This document shows positions 37,527 through 51,499 of a stretch of DNA of 64,000 nucleotides, piece by piece. The notes beneath the pieces are model-generated. The model was not told where the DNA came from. It saw only the letters and a program-made list of their open reading frames with translations, and searched no databases. Source of the DNA: Felis catus (taxonomy: Eukaryota); assembly GCF_018350175.1 (NCBI RefSeq), contig NC_058368.1, positions 86,182,001 through 86,246,000 of the forward strand, read 5' to 3'. How positions within the stretch are numbered: position 1 is the first letter of the stretch; each line of letters begins with the position of its first letter. Both the position numbers and the translations under genes were made by a program.

Positions 37527-39211
37527 AGATATAACTCATATTCCAGAACTTTCAGAAACCAAAAAATGGTCATTTTACAATCCACACAAGATAGGCTGTT
37601 TTATTTTTGTATCTCATATTTATTGGAATCCTTGTGTTGGTGAGTAAATATCGTGTTTGGCCTCTGCCAAAATATCTTAATATTTTCAAATAATTGTTCA
37701 CCCATGGACTCTTAGCTCATTTATCTGTCTTCATGGAGGAAATCCAGCACAATATAAAGGACATACAATCATCTACCTCTTTTCCATGTTGGCTTATATT
37801 GTATACTAAATAAATGCAAAAAAATAGAAATTAATAGAATAATAGGAATAGGCATTATTGAGGTAACAGAATCACTTAAAAAAACATAGCCAACTTGAGA
37901 TTGTTTATACCATAAACTAAAATTCATGAGATATTTTCTTGATGTGGTAGAAGTGTAATAGCCAAATGAATCTCGAATGTCACAAAGCTTGGAAATTGTG
38001 TCCTGAATCATCTGCTCTATATCTTCACTATTATAACATGAATTACTAACCATAACTTGTGAATTAGACACATAACCAGATATCAACTTTGTTAGCACAA
38101 AGCTCTGAATATATCAAATTTAAAATGGTTTAATAAATGGTTACTCCATTTCTTAGATCCATCTATTTCCCTGGAAATGGAGCACCACATCACTCCCCAT
38201 GCTGGGGTGGATGGAGTAACTTTCAATAAGAATGTTGCATGCTTAAACATCCAATGATTTAAAATCTTCTAATCTTCTGTTACACATGTGAGGAATCAGT
38301 GCTATTGAGTGATGACTAAGAAGCAACAAATGTTTGAGGGACGTGTTTTTTTGGTTGTCAGTACATGTATGTGTTTCTGTTGGGGGATTTCTTAGATTCT
38401 GTTTTATCAATTTTGTAACTAAAACTAATTTGGGTGACTAGAAGAAACCACTCTTACAGTACCCCAATATGGTTGTGCACACAATCACATGTACGAACAA
38501 ACAACATACAACACACAAAAATACTATTTTATGTAATTCTACATATTCTGTAAGTTAATTTTTTATACATCAATATTACATGAAAATCATTCCACATGAA
38601 GGCCAAATATATATCTCCTTTAATAAACAGATGCATAAAGTTCAACAGATGACTTAATTTGTTTAACAATGTCCTATCTATACATGGGCATTGTGGTTGT
38701 GTAGCTTACTATTGTAATAATTACTGTGTTGCAGATAAGTTTATTTTATATTTCTTTAAAATTGATCCAATATTTTGTAAATAGCTTGTATTGCTTTATA
38801 GTATGACAGTGTTTTTTTCCCCATTCAGTTGTCAATTTGACTTCTTGAATTTGTTTGTTTTGTTTGTCACTTTTTGCTCAGTCTGAGAATGAGAAAATAA
38901 ATGATTACAGATTCTTATTGTTTTCATTTGTATTTCTGTAAAAAGTTAAGATTTGGATGATCTTCTCATTGTTAATTATGTATTGTATTTCATCTTTTGT
39001 AATGTTGTTATATGGCCTTTAGTGACCTTTTTGTTATGCTTTGTCTTTTCGTTTATTAATTAAATTTTATTTTAAAGAATCTGATCTGGAAAGACAAATC
39101 ATCAAGAACAAACCTCATATATCTTTGCCTAAAAAATTAATTAATTAAATGTCTTTGGATATATGTATTAAATTGGAGAATAATTGTACTTTCAAAATAT
39201 AAAATTTTCAT

Positions 39212-39415
39212 GGGTGTCTCACATGGTTAAGTATCTGACTCTTGATTTCGGCTCAAGTTGTGATCCCAGGGTCATGGGATAGAGCCCTGTGTCTGGACAT
39301 GCTGAGTGTGGAACCTGCTTAAGATTCTTTCTCTTTCTTCATCTTTCCTTCTCCTCACCTGCTCTTCCTCTGAAATAAAATGAATGAATTAATTAAAATT
39401 TAAATTAAAAAAATA
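39212..39415 (+). mobile_element. Old CAN-SINE
   Basis: ggttaagtatctgactcttgatttcggctc. Confidence 0.85.
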
Positions 39416-39697
39416 AAACATACAATTTCCAAAATAATGGGCTATAACATATCTCTTTAGGAATTAATGTCTTTAAAGTCATTTACAAAAACTTGGTTGG
39501 GTTATATGTATAGTTTACCCAATAACTTTCCAAATAATTTTCTTCATGTTTTATACTTTCTTATAAAATCATACCCTTAACTATTCCATGTTTTTAATAG
39601 CCTGAAATCAATATTGAGGTTTATCCATTGACTTATCCAAACATATGCTGAATTACTTCCCTAATTAAGTGACTATTTAAAAAATTAAATGGTTATG

Positions 39698-39912
39698 CTT
39701 TTTTTAATGTTTATTATTTTATTTTCAGAGAGAGCGACATAATGAGTGCATGAGGGAGGGGCAGAGAGAGAGGGAGAGAGACAGAATACCAAGCAGGCTA
39801 TGCATTGCCATCACAGAGCCTGACATGGGACTCAAAATCACGAAAGATGAGATCCTGACCTATGCCAAAACCACGAGTCAGATGCTTAACTGACTGAGCC
39901 ACCCAAGTGCCG
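39698..39912 (-). mobile_element. CAN-SINE
   Basis: Antisense body ...gactgagccacccaagtgcc. Confidence 0.9.
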
Positions 39913-39959
39913 CTCTTTTTACTTTTATAAAGATTTCCATCATCTAATGTTACCAGGTC

Positions 39960-41860
39960 AGGGAAGTTGACAGAAAAGAAGGAATCTAAGCTCACTTTGT
40001 CCCCTGAGTACAAATAGCTAACACATAGTGTAAAAACCTCAGAAAGCAACCTGAAGACAGTAAGAGTAAACTCCACAGGTAGATGTAGAGAGGAGACCAC
40101 AACAAGGAGGGTAATTAGGATGGAAACATGGTGTGGAGCTAAAGAGAACCATGAGACTGTCCACAGATATGGAAAGGAAAGAGAAACAAACTATTACAGT
40201 GGGGAATCTGAATAGGGAAAACAAATTCCCATAACATTTGGCTTTAAAAAGCAGAGAGATCAGCGGTGCCTGAGTGGCTCAGTTGGTTAAGTATCTGACT
40301 TCAGCTCAGGTCATGATGTCGGTGTTTGTGGGTTCAAGCTCCATGTTGAAATCAGAGCCTGGAGCCTGCTTCGGATTCTGTGTGTCTTTCTGTCTGTCTT
40401 CCAGTCATGTTCTCTGTCTCTGTCACAAAATAAATAAATAAACATTAAAAAAATTAAACTAGAGGGTTTTCAAATTTTGTGAGTTCTTACGACCAGTGGG
40501 ATTTAAATTTTGAAATTAAAAAAAAAAACAAAAACAAAACACAAAAAAACTAAAAACAAAACATTGTGCTCAGCTCTGGAAGAGTCAGGAGGGTGAGGGG
40601 AAATTGAGGCCCTGTCCTTAAAGAGGCAACACAACCAAAACACAGAGCGAAAGAATAGAAACAGCAGCTTGAAAAACACCTGGGAAAAATATGGGAAGGA
40701 TATTTGTCTACACTAATCTCAGAGCATGAGCTGGAGGGTCAGGGATCTTGGGGAGACACCTTCAGGAACAAAGGAGCTGGGGATACCATTATCCTCCCCC
40801 ACTACTCATCCAAACACACTGTCACCACTGGGAACAAGCCTAGTAATGATGTTTGCAACCTGTGTATCTTGGCCCCCTCATGTTTCAATGGATCTCTCTC
40901 CTCTAGCCAGGTTTGGTGAGTCCTAGCTCTATACCAAAACACCATCACAAGCTTTGCTAAAACCACAGATTCCACTCTCTCTAGCACTGTGTGGGTCCAC
41001 CCTTTCCAGTTTGGCTTGGATCAGTCTCAGCACTGCAGGTCCACTCACACAGAGGTCCACAGAACAAATATTGTTAATACTGAGTGTCCTGCACCTATGC
41101 ATGTTGTGAATGTGCCCTCTCCAATAAGCTCTTGGACAGAGACCATCCAAACTGGAAAAAGGGGAACACTTTTGTACTGTTGGTGGGAATGCAAACTGGT
41201 GCAGTCATACTGGAAAAGAGTATGGAGGTTCCTCAAATAATTAAAAATAGAACTAGTGTATGACCCAGCGATTCCCCTGCTAGGCATGTATCCAAAGAAT
41301 ACAAAATGCTGATTTGAAGGGACACATGCACCCCGATGTTTGTAGCAGAACTAAAAACAATAGCCAAATTATGGAAAGAGCCCAAATGTCCATCGACTGA
41401 TGAAGGGGTAAAGAAGATATGTTATATATGCACACAATGGAATACTACTCGGTGGTCAAAAATAATGAAGTCTTGCCATTTGCAGCAATGTGAGTGGAAC
41501 TAGAGGTACTATGCTAAAAATAAGTCAGGCAGAGAAATATAATTATCATATGATTTCAATCATACCTGGAATTTAAGAAACAAAACAGTTGAAGATAGGA
41601 GAAGGGAAGGAAAGAATAAGATGTAAACAGAGAGGGAGATAAACCATAAGAGAGTCTTAAATGCAGAGCAAAAACTGGGGGTTGCTAGAGGGGAGTAGTG
41701 TGGGGGAATGGGCTAAATAGGTGATGGGCATTAAGGAAGACACTAGTTGGGAAGAACACTGGGTGTTATATGTAAGTGATTAATCACTGGGTTCTACTCC
41801 TGAAACTAATACTACATTGTATGTTACCTAACTTGAAATTAAATAAATAAATAAAAGAAA
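39960..41860 (+). mobile_element. L1 5' UTR abutting the end of ORF2 and the 3' UTR; SINE nested at about 40263-40456
   Basis: 5' UTR-like GC-richer sequence to about 41150, then [18 protein letters not shown] and a 3' UTR with poly(A). Confidence 0.75.
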
Positions 41861-41884
41861 ACAGTAAAACAAACAAACAAAAAA

Positions 41885-43090
41885 TTCCTAAGACTTCCAC
41901 CAAAATACTGTTAGAGATGACAAATGAATTCGGTAAGGTCATAGGGTACAATTCAAGGAAGAGAAATATATGAAATTTCTCTATGCTAATAACAAAGTAG
42001 CAGAAATGTAAATTAAGGAAATGATCCCAATTACAATTACACCAAAAAATAATAAAATACCTAGGAATAAAGTTAACTAAGGAGGTGAACGAACTATACT
42101 ACCAAAACTATAAAATGATGGGAAAAGAATTTGAAAAAGGCTCAAAAAAAAAAAAAATGGAAAGACAGTCCATTCTCATTGATTGAAAGAAAAAATATTT
42201 TCAAATCTCCACACTACTCAAACGAGTCTACAGACTTAAGTAGACTTAAGTATGTTGGATTAACATACCAACAATATTTCACAGAACTAAAACAAATGAA
42301 TACAAAATGATTAATTCAAAGAATACAAAGAATACAAAATGATTAATTCAGGAAAATATATGTGTCCCTGTGTTTACTGTAGAATTGATTACAGTGCTCC
42401 AGATAATGGGAGAAGTCTAAATCCATCAATAGATAAATGGATAATGTAACAATGGTATTTATATAGAAGGGAATATTATTCAGTCATAAAAATAATAAAA
42501 GTTTTCCTTTTATTACATGGATGGATCTAGATAATATAATGCTGAGTGAAATATGCCAGTCAGAGAAAGACAAATACCATATGATCTCAGTCTTATGTGG
42601 AATTTCAGAAACAAAACAAATACAGGAAAAAAGGGACATACCATAAAACAGACCCCTAGCTGTAGAAAAAGATAGATGATTATCAGAAGGGTAGTGGGGG
42701 AGAGGAACGGTGAAAAGCTGAAGGGGATTAAGAGTACACCTATTTTGGGGCGCCTGGGTGGCGCAGTCGGTTAAGCGTCTGACTTCAGCTCAGGTCATGA
42801 TCTCACGGTCCGTGAGTTCGAGCCCCGCGTCGGACTCTGGGCTGATGGCTCAGAGCCTGGAGCCTGTTTCCGATTCTGTGTCTCCCTCTCTCTCTGCCCC
42901 TCCCCCATTCATGCTCTGTCTCTCTCTGTCTCAAAAATAAACGTTAAAAAAAAATAAAAAAAAAAGAAAAGAGTACACTTATTTTGGTGAGCACTATGGA
43001 ATATAGAGAATGTTTGAATCACTACATCAACAACTGAAAATAATACAACACAGCATGTTAGCTACAACAGAGTGAAAATAAAATGAATTA
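41885..43090 (+). mobile_element. Internally deleted older L1 ORF2 and 3' UTR fragment
   Basis: aaaatacctaggaataaagttaactaaggaggtgaa; gtcagagaaagacaaataccatatga. Confidence 0.85.
42747..42968 (+). mobile_element. Young CAN-SINE
   Basis: CpG-rich; TSD aagagtacac(c/t)tatttt. Confidence 0.95.
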
Positions 43091-44814
43091 AAAAAAGAAC
43101 ATTTAAAAATTGGAAAAAATAATTCTATCAGCTGAAGATATCACTTCATTTATTTCTAGTTTTCAATAATCACATGGCATGTTAATATGTCTTCAGCTTG
43201 GGAATTTACCTAAGAACAATAAGAAATACATCAAAAGCATGACATGTGGTAATATTATGTGTACCTGATTTTAGTTACCCATTACATATAGCTACTACAT
43301 ACTTAGTACTTCTTAGAAAGTTGCTTATTCTTAAAACAACTGCATTAGATATGCCTTATCAATCATATTTTGCACATGAGGAAATTTAAAATAACTGCAT
43401 TCTCCTTTGTCATATAGAAGCCAACTAGCTGAGAGATTTTGGCTCATATTTTCTTCCTATAATCCATGATCATTTACTGGAGAGTATTATAGGTTAGACT
43501 CTATATATCACAAGAGGGTAAGGAATCATTCTTGTCAAAGTCCCCATGCATCTTTTCCATTCACATTTTTTCTCACAATTATTATTCTATTTGGGTTAAA
43601 ATTGCTTTCTTTATAGGCTTTATAATAACACATAGTGATTCTTAGTGCCAAGCTCAATGTACATTCTAGTCACAACATGTTGATCAACTATTGTACGACT
43701 GAGTGTGAACAATTACCAGTGGGTGTTCACTCTGATTTTTCCTATTAATCATTATGCAAAGGCTTTATAGCTTTTTCAGGAATACTGATTGCATTGGGGC
43801 AAATTCCACTGAATATCCTAATTAGGGCAATTTAGTTTTATTTCTTTGTAATTTCATCCATTTTTATTAGCAGGAGCCTCAGAGAAACTTCGCAGAGACA
43901 GCCTTACTCAAGTGAGATTCAAACCATATCCAATAAGAAAGAACAAGACACAAAATATCAGCTTCAGTTTACCTTTTTTCACTATTCCTAGTGATTAATT
44001 ATTCAAAATAATCTTCAAATAATAGGGGTAAAATACTTTCTAATAAGTTAAATTTCAAGTTAAAGTTATGCAAAGACCAGACATTGGATGTGAGTGGAAT
44101 AGGACCTTTAGTTCCTGTTATTTCACTTTATGGGGAGAACACAGTTGGTAGAAAGTGTTATTAGCTTCTGATAGAATAGACTGGATTTTTAGCATATCCA
44201 GAATACAATAACTATACTGCAGGAAATTCCTTCAGTATGAGAGTTACCTAGTTTCCTGAAGTAAAGCACTATGAGAAAGTGCAATTGATATTGAATAATG
44301 CTCCTAAGAGTTGTGATAAGATTAAATGCTTAGTATTTATAGTATTTATATGATCTTTACAAAACCCTAAAGCATAGTCAAATAACATGCCTAAATTTCA
44401 TCTTATGAAACACACACTATTAGACGAAGGATGAAAAGGGAACTTGGAAAATAATGAGTATGACCAGATGAAGGGAAGAGAACAATATACGCCTTCATAG
44501 TGACTAAGAGAACACAAATAATGGGATTTAAAAATTGTGTGGTCATCCAAAACTGGGGGGAAGGGGAGGATTCTTGAGAAAGACTTTACATACTCTCAGG
44601 ACTCAACAAAGAGGGAATAGACAGAAATGCCAATATCCCAGTCTTATCCTGAAACTATTTTCATACTTTAACTCTGCTACCCTAAGGTCTCAGACCCCAT
44701 TAGACTGAATCTCATCTAAGTGTGGCCTGAGATCCTCCACTTTAGTATGCTGACACGTTTTGCCACATCTTCAACAATTGGGAGCCACTAGGAGGTAAAG
44801 AATACAATAACTGA

Positions 44815-45010
44815 GGGGCTCAGTCAGTTCAGTGTCCAGCACTTGATTTTGGCTAAGGTCACGATCTTGTGGTTCATGAATTCAAGCCCCACATTACACT
44901 GTAATGACACTGCAGAGCCGGCTTGGGATTCTCTCTCCCTTCTCTCTCTGTCCCTATCCCACTTGCACTCTCGCTTTCAAAATAAATAAATTAATTAAAA
45001 ATTTTAAAAA
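44815..45010 (+). mobile_element. CAN-SINE within a short L1 ORF1 fragment (to about 45130)
   Basis: TSD about aagaatacaataac; downstream ITELKISIEGLNR..INRLEDRAVE is ORF1-like. Confidence 0.85.
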
Positions 45011-45969
45011 GAATACTACAATAACCGAATTGAAAATTTCAATAGAGGGATTAAACAGAATGAACAGAATGAAACACAAAAAAAGTATCAACAGACTAGA
45101 AGACAGAGCAGTGGAATTCATTGAATAATTGGATAAAATTGGCCTCTGAAGGATGAACAGCATTTGGGAAGCCATTGAGAAATAGAAAGGTCACGTTGGA
45201 AGATGGAATAACATGAATGGAAACTGAGGGAAAATATGATATATTATACATTTGCCTCGTATTTACTGAGTGTCTTCTATGGACCAGATGTTGGGATATT
45301 TACTGGATTCACACACAAAAATGTGAAAAGACTTTTTCTATATGGAAAGAAATGGTCAAGTACTGAGGGCATTTGCTGATAAATGAGGTTCAGAACTAAC
45401 TAGAGTGAATACACCATGTTGGGAAACAGGAAGGGGAAAAAAAGTAAATGCCCTAAGATCCACATGCTAATAGAACTTGAAAATGAGCATTGTGAAATAA
45501 AACATAAGAATCTATTAAGGACTCTTGAAAAAGAAAGTGGTTTGCTAAGTGGTATTTTAGGGAAGTTCCTCCGGCTAAAATATTAGAGATAAATTGTGCT
45601 GTTACTTAATACAAATGATCAGCTAAAGACACTTCTGACAAATTCACAGACACAAAGAATAATAAAAGCCATATTAGTTTATTGCTGATGGTGGTTGAAC
45701 AGAAATGTTAGGCTCTGGGAACTAATTTGAGTAAAAGTGAGTTCTAATAGGTGAGTTAATGGAAATGTATAATAAATGCTGTTTAACATCTTCCAATGTA
45801 GATAATTTGGCTCTACTACATTACCTACTCAGTCCCATGGTAAGGTTAGTAGGTAAGTAAGGTTAGTAACAGGAAATTTGAAGTGCTAAATGCCAAAAGA
45901 TATTCTTTTCTGATCATAATTTTGTATGCATCCATTTTCTACCCTGTTCCTCCCACTCTAACAATTATT

Positions 45970-46168
45970 CTTTTTTAAAATATTTTTCCAATGTTTACCT
46001 TTGAGGGGGGTGTAGGGGCAGAGAGAGAGGGAGACACAGAATCTGAACATGCTCCAGGCTCTGCACTGTGAGCACAGAGCCCGACCAGGCGCTCAAACTC
46101 ATGAACTGTGAGATAATGACTTGAGCTGAAGTCAGACTCTTAACCAGCTGAGTCACCCAGGCGCCCCG
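45970..46168 (-). mobile_element. CAN-SINE
   Basis: TSD caattattc. Confidence 0.9.
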
Positions 46169-46376
46169 CAATTATTCCAATTAAACACTAACCAAGAAAA
46201 TTGTAATCCCTTGTCTATTTGATTTCTTTTATATTACCACATTCCATTTTTACTTGCTTTTCAATAAGACATGAAATCCCTATCACTTCAAACAGGGTCT
46301 TATAAAAATGGTCAATCCTCTTGCTCTTTATTTAGAATGAGAGGAAATCACTAAACCTGGATTGTTTTAAACATGC

Positions 46377-46379
46377 TTT

Positions 46380-46427
<48 letters not shown>

Positions 46428-46635
46428 TGTCAAGAGACAGAGACATGGAGAAACAGAGAGAATGAGTGGGAGAGGGGCAGAGGGGCAGAGGGAGAGGTAG
46501 AGAAAGAATCTCAAGTGTACTCCATGCTGTCAGTGTGGAGCCCAATGTAGGGTTCAATCCCATGAACTTTGAGATCATGACTTCAGATGGAATCAAGAGT
46601 CTGATGCTTAACTGGCTGAGCCATGCAGGCACCCC
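46377..46635 (-). mobile_element. CAN-SINE with a (CTTT)n tail
   Basis: TSD taaa(c/t)atgct. Confidence 0.9.
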
Positions 46636-48253
46636 TAAATATGCTATTTATTTTCTCACAAGCAGTTGGGTATGTACAAAAGACAAATGGCTACACCACA
46701 GGCTTTTAATTTCAACAACATCTGTCTGGGTTGTCAGTTATTCCCTTTAGTAATTCAAAATTTTTCTTTCAAGCATTCTTTTCTACCATTCACCACTTGA
46801 AACAGTATCAAAGTTTGGTTAATTTCCTCATTCCTTTATACCACTCTGACATTTAATCTGGTGATAAAATCTCATCTCCTTCTTCAGACTCTGTGAAATG
46901 GTTTACTGTTTCTTTTCATTTTATGTGTCCAGGGAATAAATAGGTTGTGCCTTTCCACTGACCATTTTCCTATCCCTCCTTTTGATACCATTCCATTCTA
47001 CTTTCCTTGGTGACAATATTTCATGTCATGACTTACCCTATTTTATTTGGAATTTCCCCCTCATATTATTAAAGAAGCTCAAATCATTCTCTCTTTCCCA
47101 TGTGCCCTTGTAATATGCTTCTAAAAGACACTTTCATTAACTTATTGTAGTATGGACATAAAAAAAAAACCACATTGTTGCCAAATTCAATCCTTATACC
47201 TAAAAAAATCTTTTATTTTCATTATTTGTGTAGTGTGAGAATCTATAAACACAGAGCCCAAGGTGGGAACCCCCATAACCAAATATAAAGATGTGTCTTC
47301 CCCTGTGCTTCCCACATTGACATAGGCTGTGCCTTCTGTCTATGGTGTTTTTTCAACCACTTGCCTTGTGTTAAAGTCACAATATAAATCTCTTACTTGG
47401 TATTGCACAGTTTATTTATTCTTTACATACGTATATTACAGAGAGGCACTGAGTTGAGTGACTATTATACCAAGTCTTCCATGCTTTCTTCGGGGGCTAC
47501 TTTGCCTTCACTTTGGCTTCTATACATCTACATCAATATATATGATGCAAATCTTAGAAAACTCTAACATGAAAATATCATAAACAATGATATTGTTTAT
47601 GTTATCTCACTAAACAGACATTTCATTGATTTCACATATTCATCTATATAGTTAATGCACAGTAGTGTGTGTTTTATGAATGAATTAACCACAAATCACA
47701 TTGACCAATTAAGGAGAAACAAGAGTACAGAAATAAATCTATACATATGCAATCAATTAATTTTTATAAGGATGCCAAGAACACATAATGGAGAAAATGT
47801 AGTTTCTTCAATAAATGTTGCTAGGAAAAGTGGATATTTACATGCAAATGATGGGAGATTGGGTTTAAGATGCTGATGATGCAACATCTTCAACTCACCT
47901 CCTCTCACAGACACTCAAAAAAAAATCTACAACTACTCATGTAATAATACATCTTAAAGGAAGCTGAAAATTGGATAAACAGAGTCTCCACAAATAATAA
48001 AATGATTCATTGTGATGGGAAAGTGGCAGAGACATGAGCTCACCAGGGAAAAAGCTACACCTCATTGTGATGTGTCACAATCAAGAGAGATACCAAAGTA
48101 TTCCTTTTATACTTTCTATACAAACTTTTGCTGAGGAGTGAGTGATTCAAGCTCTACATCAGGAACCACAATCCTTATAAATGCATAATAAGGAGAAAAT
48201 AATGGAGAAAATAATGCCCCCTAAACACCAAGCATTTTAAATAATGGGGATTG

Positions 48254-48450
48254 AGGCACCTGGCTGGCTCAATCGATTAAGCAACTGACTCTCAATTTGG
48301 GCTCAGGTCATGATCTCACAGTTTATGAGATTGAGCCCAGCATTGGGCTCTGTGCTGACAGTGTGAAGCCTGCTTGGGAAACTGTCCCTCACTCTGTCCC
48401 TCCTCTGTGCACTCTCTCTGTCTCAAAATAAATAAACTTTAAAAAATAAA
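48254..48450 (+). mobile_element. CAN-SINE inside a probable old L1M 5' UTR (about 47860-49100)
   Basis: TSD aatggggatt. Confidence 0.9.
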
Positions 48451-49149
48451 ACAAAATCAATGGGGATTTCATTTAAGAAAACTATAAAACAATAGGGTTT
48501 GGAAAACCTGCCCTTAAGGTCCATGCATACAGAGGTCAAATTAAAACCAGGGCAAAAATCACCAATTTGAAAAATGCATAGACCTGAGGTAAAGGAGATA
48601 TTTAACCTTAAAGTGTTTGCCATAGAGACAGGAAATGGGTGGGACTCTCCCCAGAAACTAAGATAATAGAAGAAACTATTTTCTGGTCTCAGTCTACCTT
48701 ACCCATCCTGACACTGGAATTCTGTCTCTTACCTGCTAACACCAGTGGTTATGTTCTGTTGAGAGCTCCACCCACTGATGCAGCACAGCAGCCAGAGACA
48801 CTTAACACACCAAGAAGGAATCCATCCCCACCCTCCCTGCAGAGCAGGAGTCATGCAAATGTCCTATAGTCAGGCTGGGGCCATCCCTGCCACCAACATG
48901 CCACAGCATCTGAAGCCTCGTCCTGTAGCCAGACTGTGTGCTAACCCCACCACCAACATGTCACACCTGCTGTCCTGCCTTAAGAAGAGTGTGCAAACAT
49001 CCCACAAATGGACAACACCAGAACCTGGCTCTGGGGGCCAAGAGACATTGTGCTTCCTGACCCCACAGGTCATCTCCTACATAAGGCCACTGCTTGAAGA
49101 GTGAGAAAGGGGACCCTTAGGGGCTCAGTCACTTGGGCATCTATTTCCA

Positions 49150-50790
49150 CTACAATAAAAGGTGTTTTTCCTCCCTGATGGTTTCTTTCAAGTTTTTTTT
49201 TTGTATTTGTTTTTGATTTTTAGCAGTTTGACTATCACATGCCTAGTTGTAATTTTTAAGGTATTTATCATTTCCATGTTTCCTGGGTTTCATTTATCTG
49301 TGGTCTGGTGTCTGTCATTAATTTGGGAAATTCCCAGACATTATTTCTTCAAATGTTTCTTATATTCTTTTACCACTTTCTTCTTTTGGTATTCTTATCA
49401 CATGTATATAACACCTTTTTGTAATTGTCTCACAGTTCTTAGCTATTCATATGTTTTATCATTAAGTTTCCATTTTGAAAGTTTCTATTGACCTTTTGTC
49501 AAACTCACTGGTGTTTCCTCAGCCATGTCAAATTTATTGATGTCTGATCAAGACATTTTACATTTGCTTACAGTGGTTTTGACTTCTAACGTCTCTCTTT
49601 TATTCTTTCTTAGAGTTTCCATCTCTCTGCTTACATTATCTATCTCTTTTTGTATGTTGTACAAATTTTCCATTAGAAATTCTATCCTATTAATTTTGTT
49701 TTTAGTTCCTAGTCAGATTATTTCTACACCTCTTCTTAATGAGAGTGTGATGTGGATTTTCCTTCTATCTCTCAAAATCCCTTTCTCATCTTTTAGTAAG
49801 TCATGTAATCTTTTTTCTTGAAAGCTGGGCATGATGTGTGGGGTAAAAGCACTGAAGTAATAGGCTTTAATGGAAAATTTTATGTTTATCTAGCTAGGAG
49901 TTAGTCTGTGTTTACTGTTTGTTCTAGCTCTAGGTACCAGAGGCTGAATTTCTGTCATGTTTTTGTTTTTATCTCCCCTTTTGCATTTGGTTTGCCATAG
50001 AGATTTCTACTTCAATAAGGTCTGAAGTATGTGTTTCTTTTGTTGTATTTCCCTGCTATTTTACAGGATCCTTATTGATGTGGTGGTAAGGTTAGGAGAA
50101 AGGGCATATGCTAGTTGTATAATTAAGTTCCAACATTTCAGTGAGCCTGAGATTTTACACAATGATTTGTACAAGAGTTTCTCAGTTGTCCTCCTTCCCC
50201 TTCCCTTAGGTGTTACAGGATGGTTAGCAGGGGCTAGAGCTAGGCATTTACCTCCCCAGGTTACTAAAGCTCCGATAAACCCAGTATCTTAGATTTTGCT
50301 AAAATAGTTCTTTTGAGGACAAGCCTTTTAGGAACAGAATTATTGGGGGGAATTTCAAGATTACAACTTTCCCCCTCTATTTGCAGTTTGTATGAAGGAA
50401 GAAAGTTTTCCCCAATCTTCACTATAAAAATCTAGAAGAGCTTCTAGAGGTAAAATTCACAAAATTGTATAGGTCCCCCTGAGAAGGAGTTTCTTTACAT
50501 TTTTAACTCATAAGATTATCTATCTCAAGCCTCCTCCATTCATCCAGCACAGTTTAAGTTTTTCTCCTGAGTTCCATGGATGTTTCCTATTATGGTAAAC
50601 AGATTCTCTGTATCTGCTGGGTGGTCTTTCTAATTTGGGGGCAGCTGTTTTCCCTATGAATTCAACTTTCTGTTGGAGTTAAGGAGAGTTGTTCATTTTG
50701 AGTTTGTTTGTTTTCTTGTTGTGAGAATAGGAGTGAGGACTCATTAGTCCCTTCTTTATATGCCAGATTGGAAACCACAATCCCTGAGAA
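49150..50790 (-). mobile_element. Ancient L1M ORF1 and 5' region
   Basis: tttagcagtttgactatcacatgcctag; ttgggaaattcccagacattatttcttcaaatgtttc (antisense ORF1). Confidence 0.7.
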
Positions 50791-50935
50791 TTTATTTATT
50801 TTGAATATCAGTATGCCTTAAGGAGTTAGAATTGAATGAACATACTATATATAATGTTTAATTAATAAGTCAAGAGTGTCTCCTAATTTCCAAAAAGTCA
50901 TCAACAGCAAAGGGTTTTTGAAATTAAAAAAATGC

Positions 50936-51120
50936 TTTTTTTTTTCAAAAGTTTTACCATTTATTTATTTTGAGAGAGAAAGATTGAGAGAGAAAGAGCA
51001 GGGGAGGGGCAGAGAATGAGGGAGAGAGATAATCCCAAGAAAGCTCTGTGACATTAGCTCAGAGACAGTCTCAGGGCTGGAACTCACAAACACTGAATCT
51101 AGTGAACCACACAGGCTCCC
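50936..51120 (-). mobile_element. Truncated CAN-SINE, followed by (TTTA)n at about 51143-51190
   Basis: gagcaggggaggggcagaga...gggctggaactcacaaac. Confidence 0.85.
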
Positions 51121-51144
51121 TAGAAGATATTCCTTTTTAACATT

Positions 51145-51187
<43 letters not shown>

Positions 51188-51499
51188 TTTTGTTTATACC
51201 TTCTTATATTAACATGTGTGATTTTTCTTTGAAATCTGTTATCTTGCCTTCTGGTTCTCTGTCTTAAGCATTCATATGTTTTATTTTCAGTGAGTTTTTT
51301 TTTTATTTTATTGATAACTTCTATATTGTTCTTATGATTTTAAATGGAACAAATTTTATAGAAAGCTAATTTATTTTTTCACACCATACATGACAGTGTA
51401 TTTAATCATGTAATAGCATTTCTTTCCTACATGTAAAATCAACCTATTCCTTAGTATCAGTAATTTTACTGACTTTGTACATCTTAAAATTTGAATTTT

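Noticed and set aside
37769..38098. 109-aa minus-strand ORF with a hydrophobic C-terminus
   Set aside because: No recognisable family or partner exons; a few ORFs of this size are expected by chance in 64 kb. A BLASTX would settle it.
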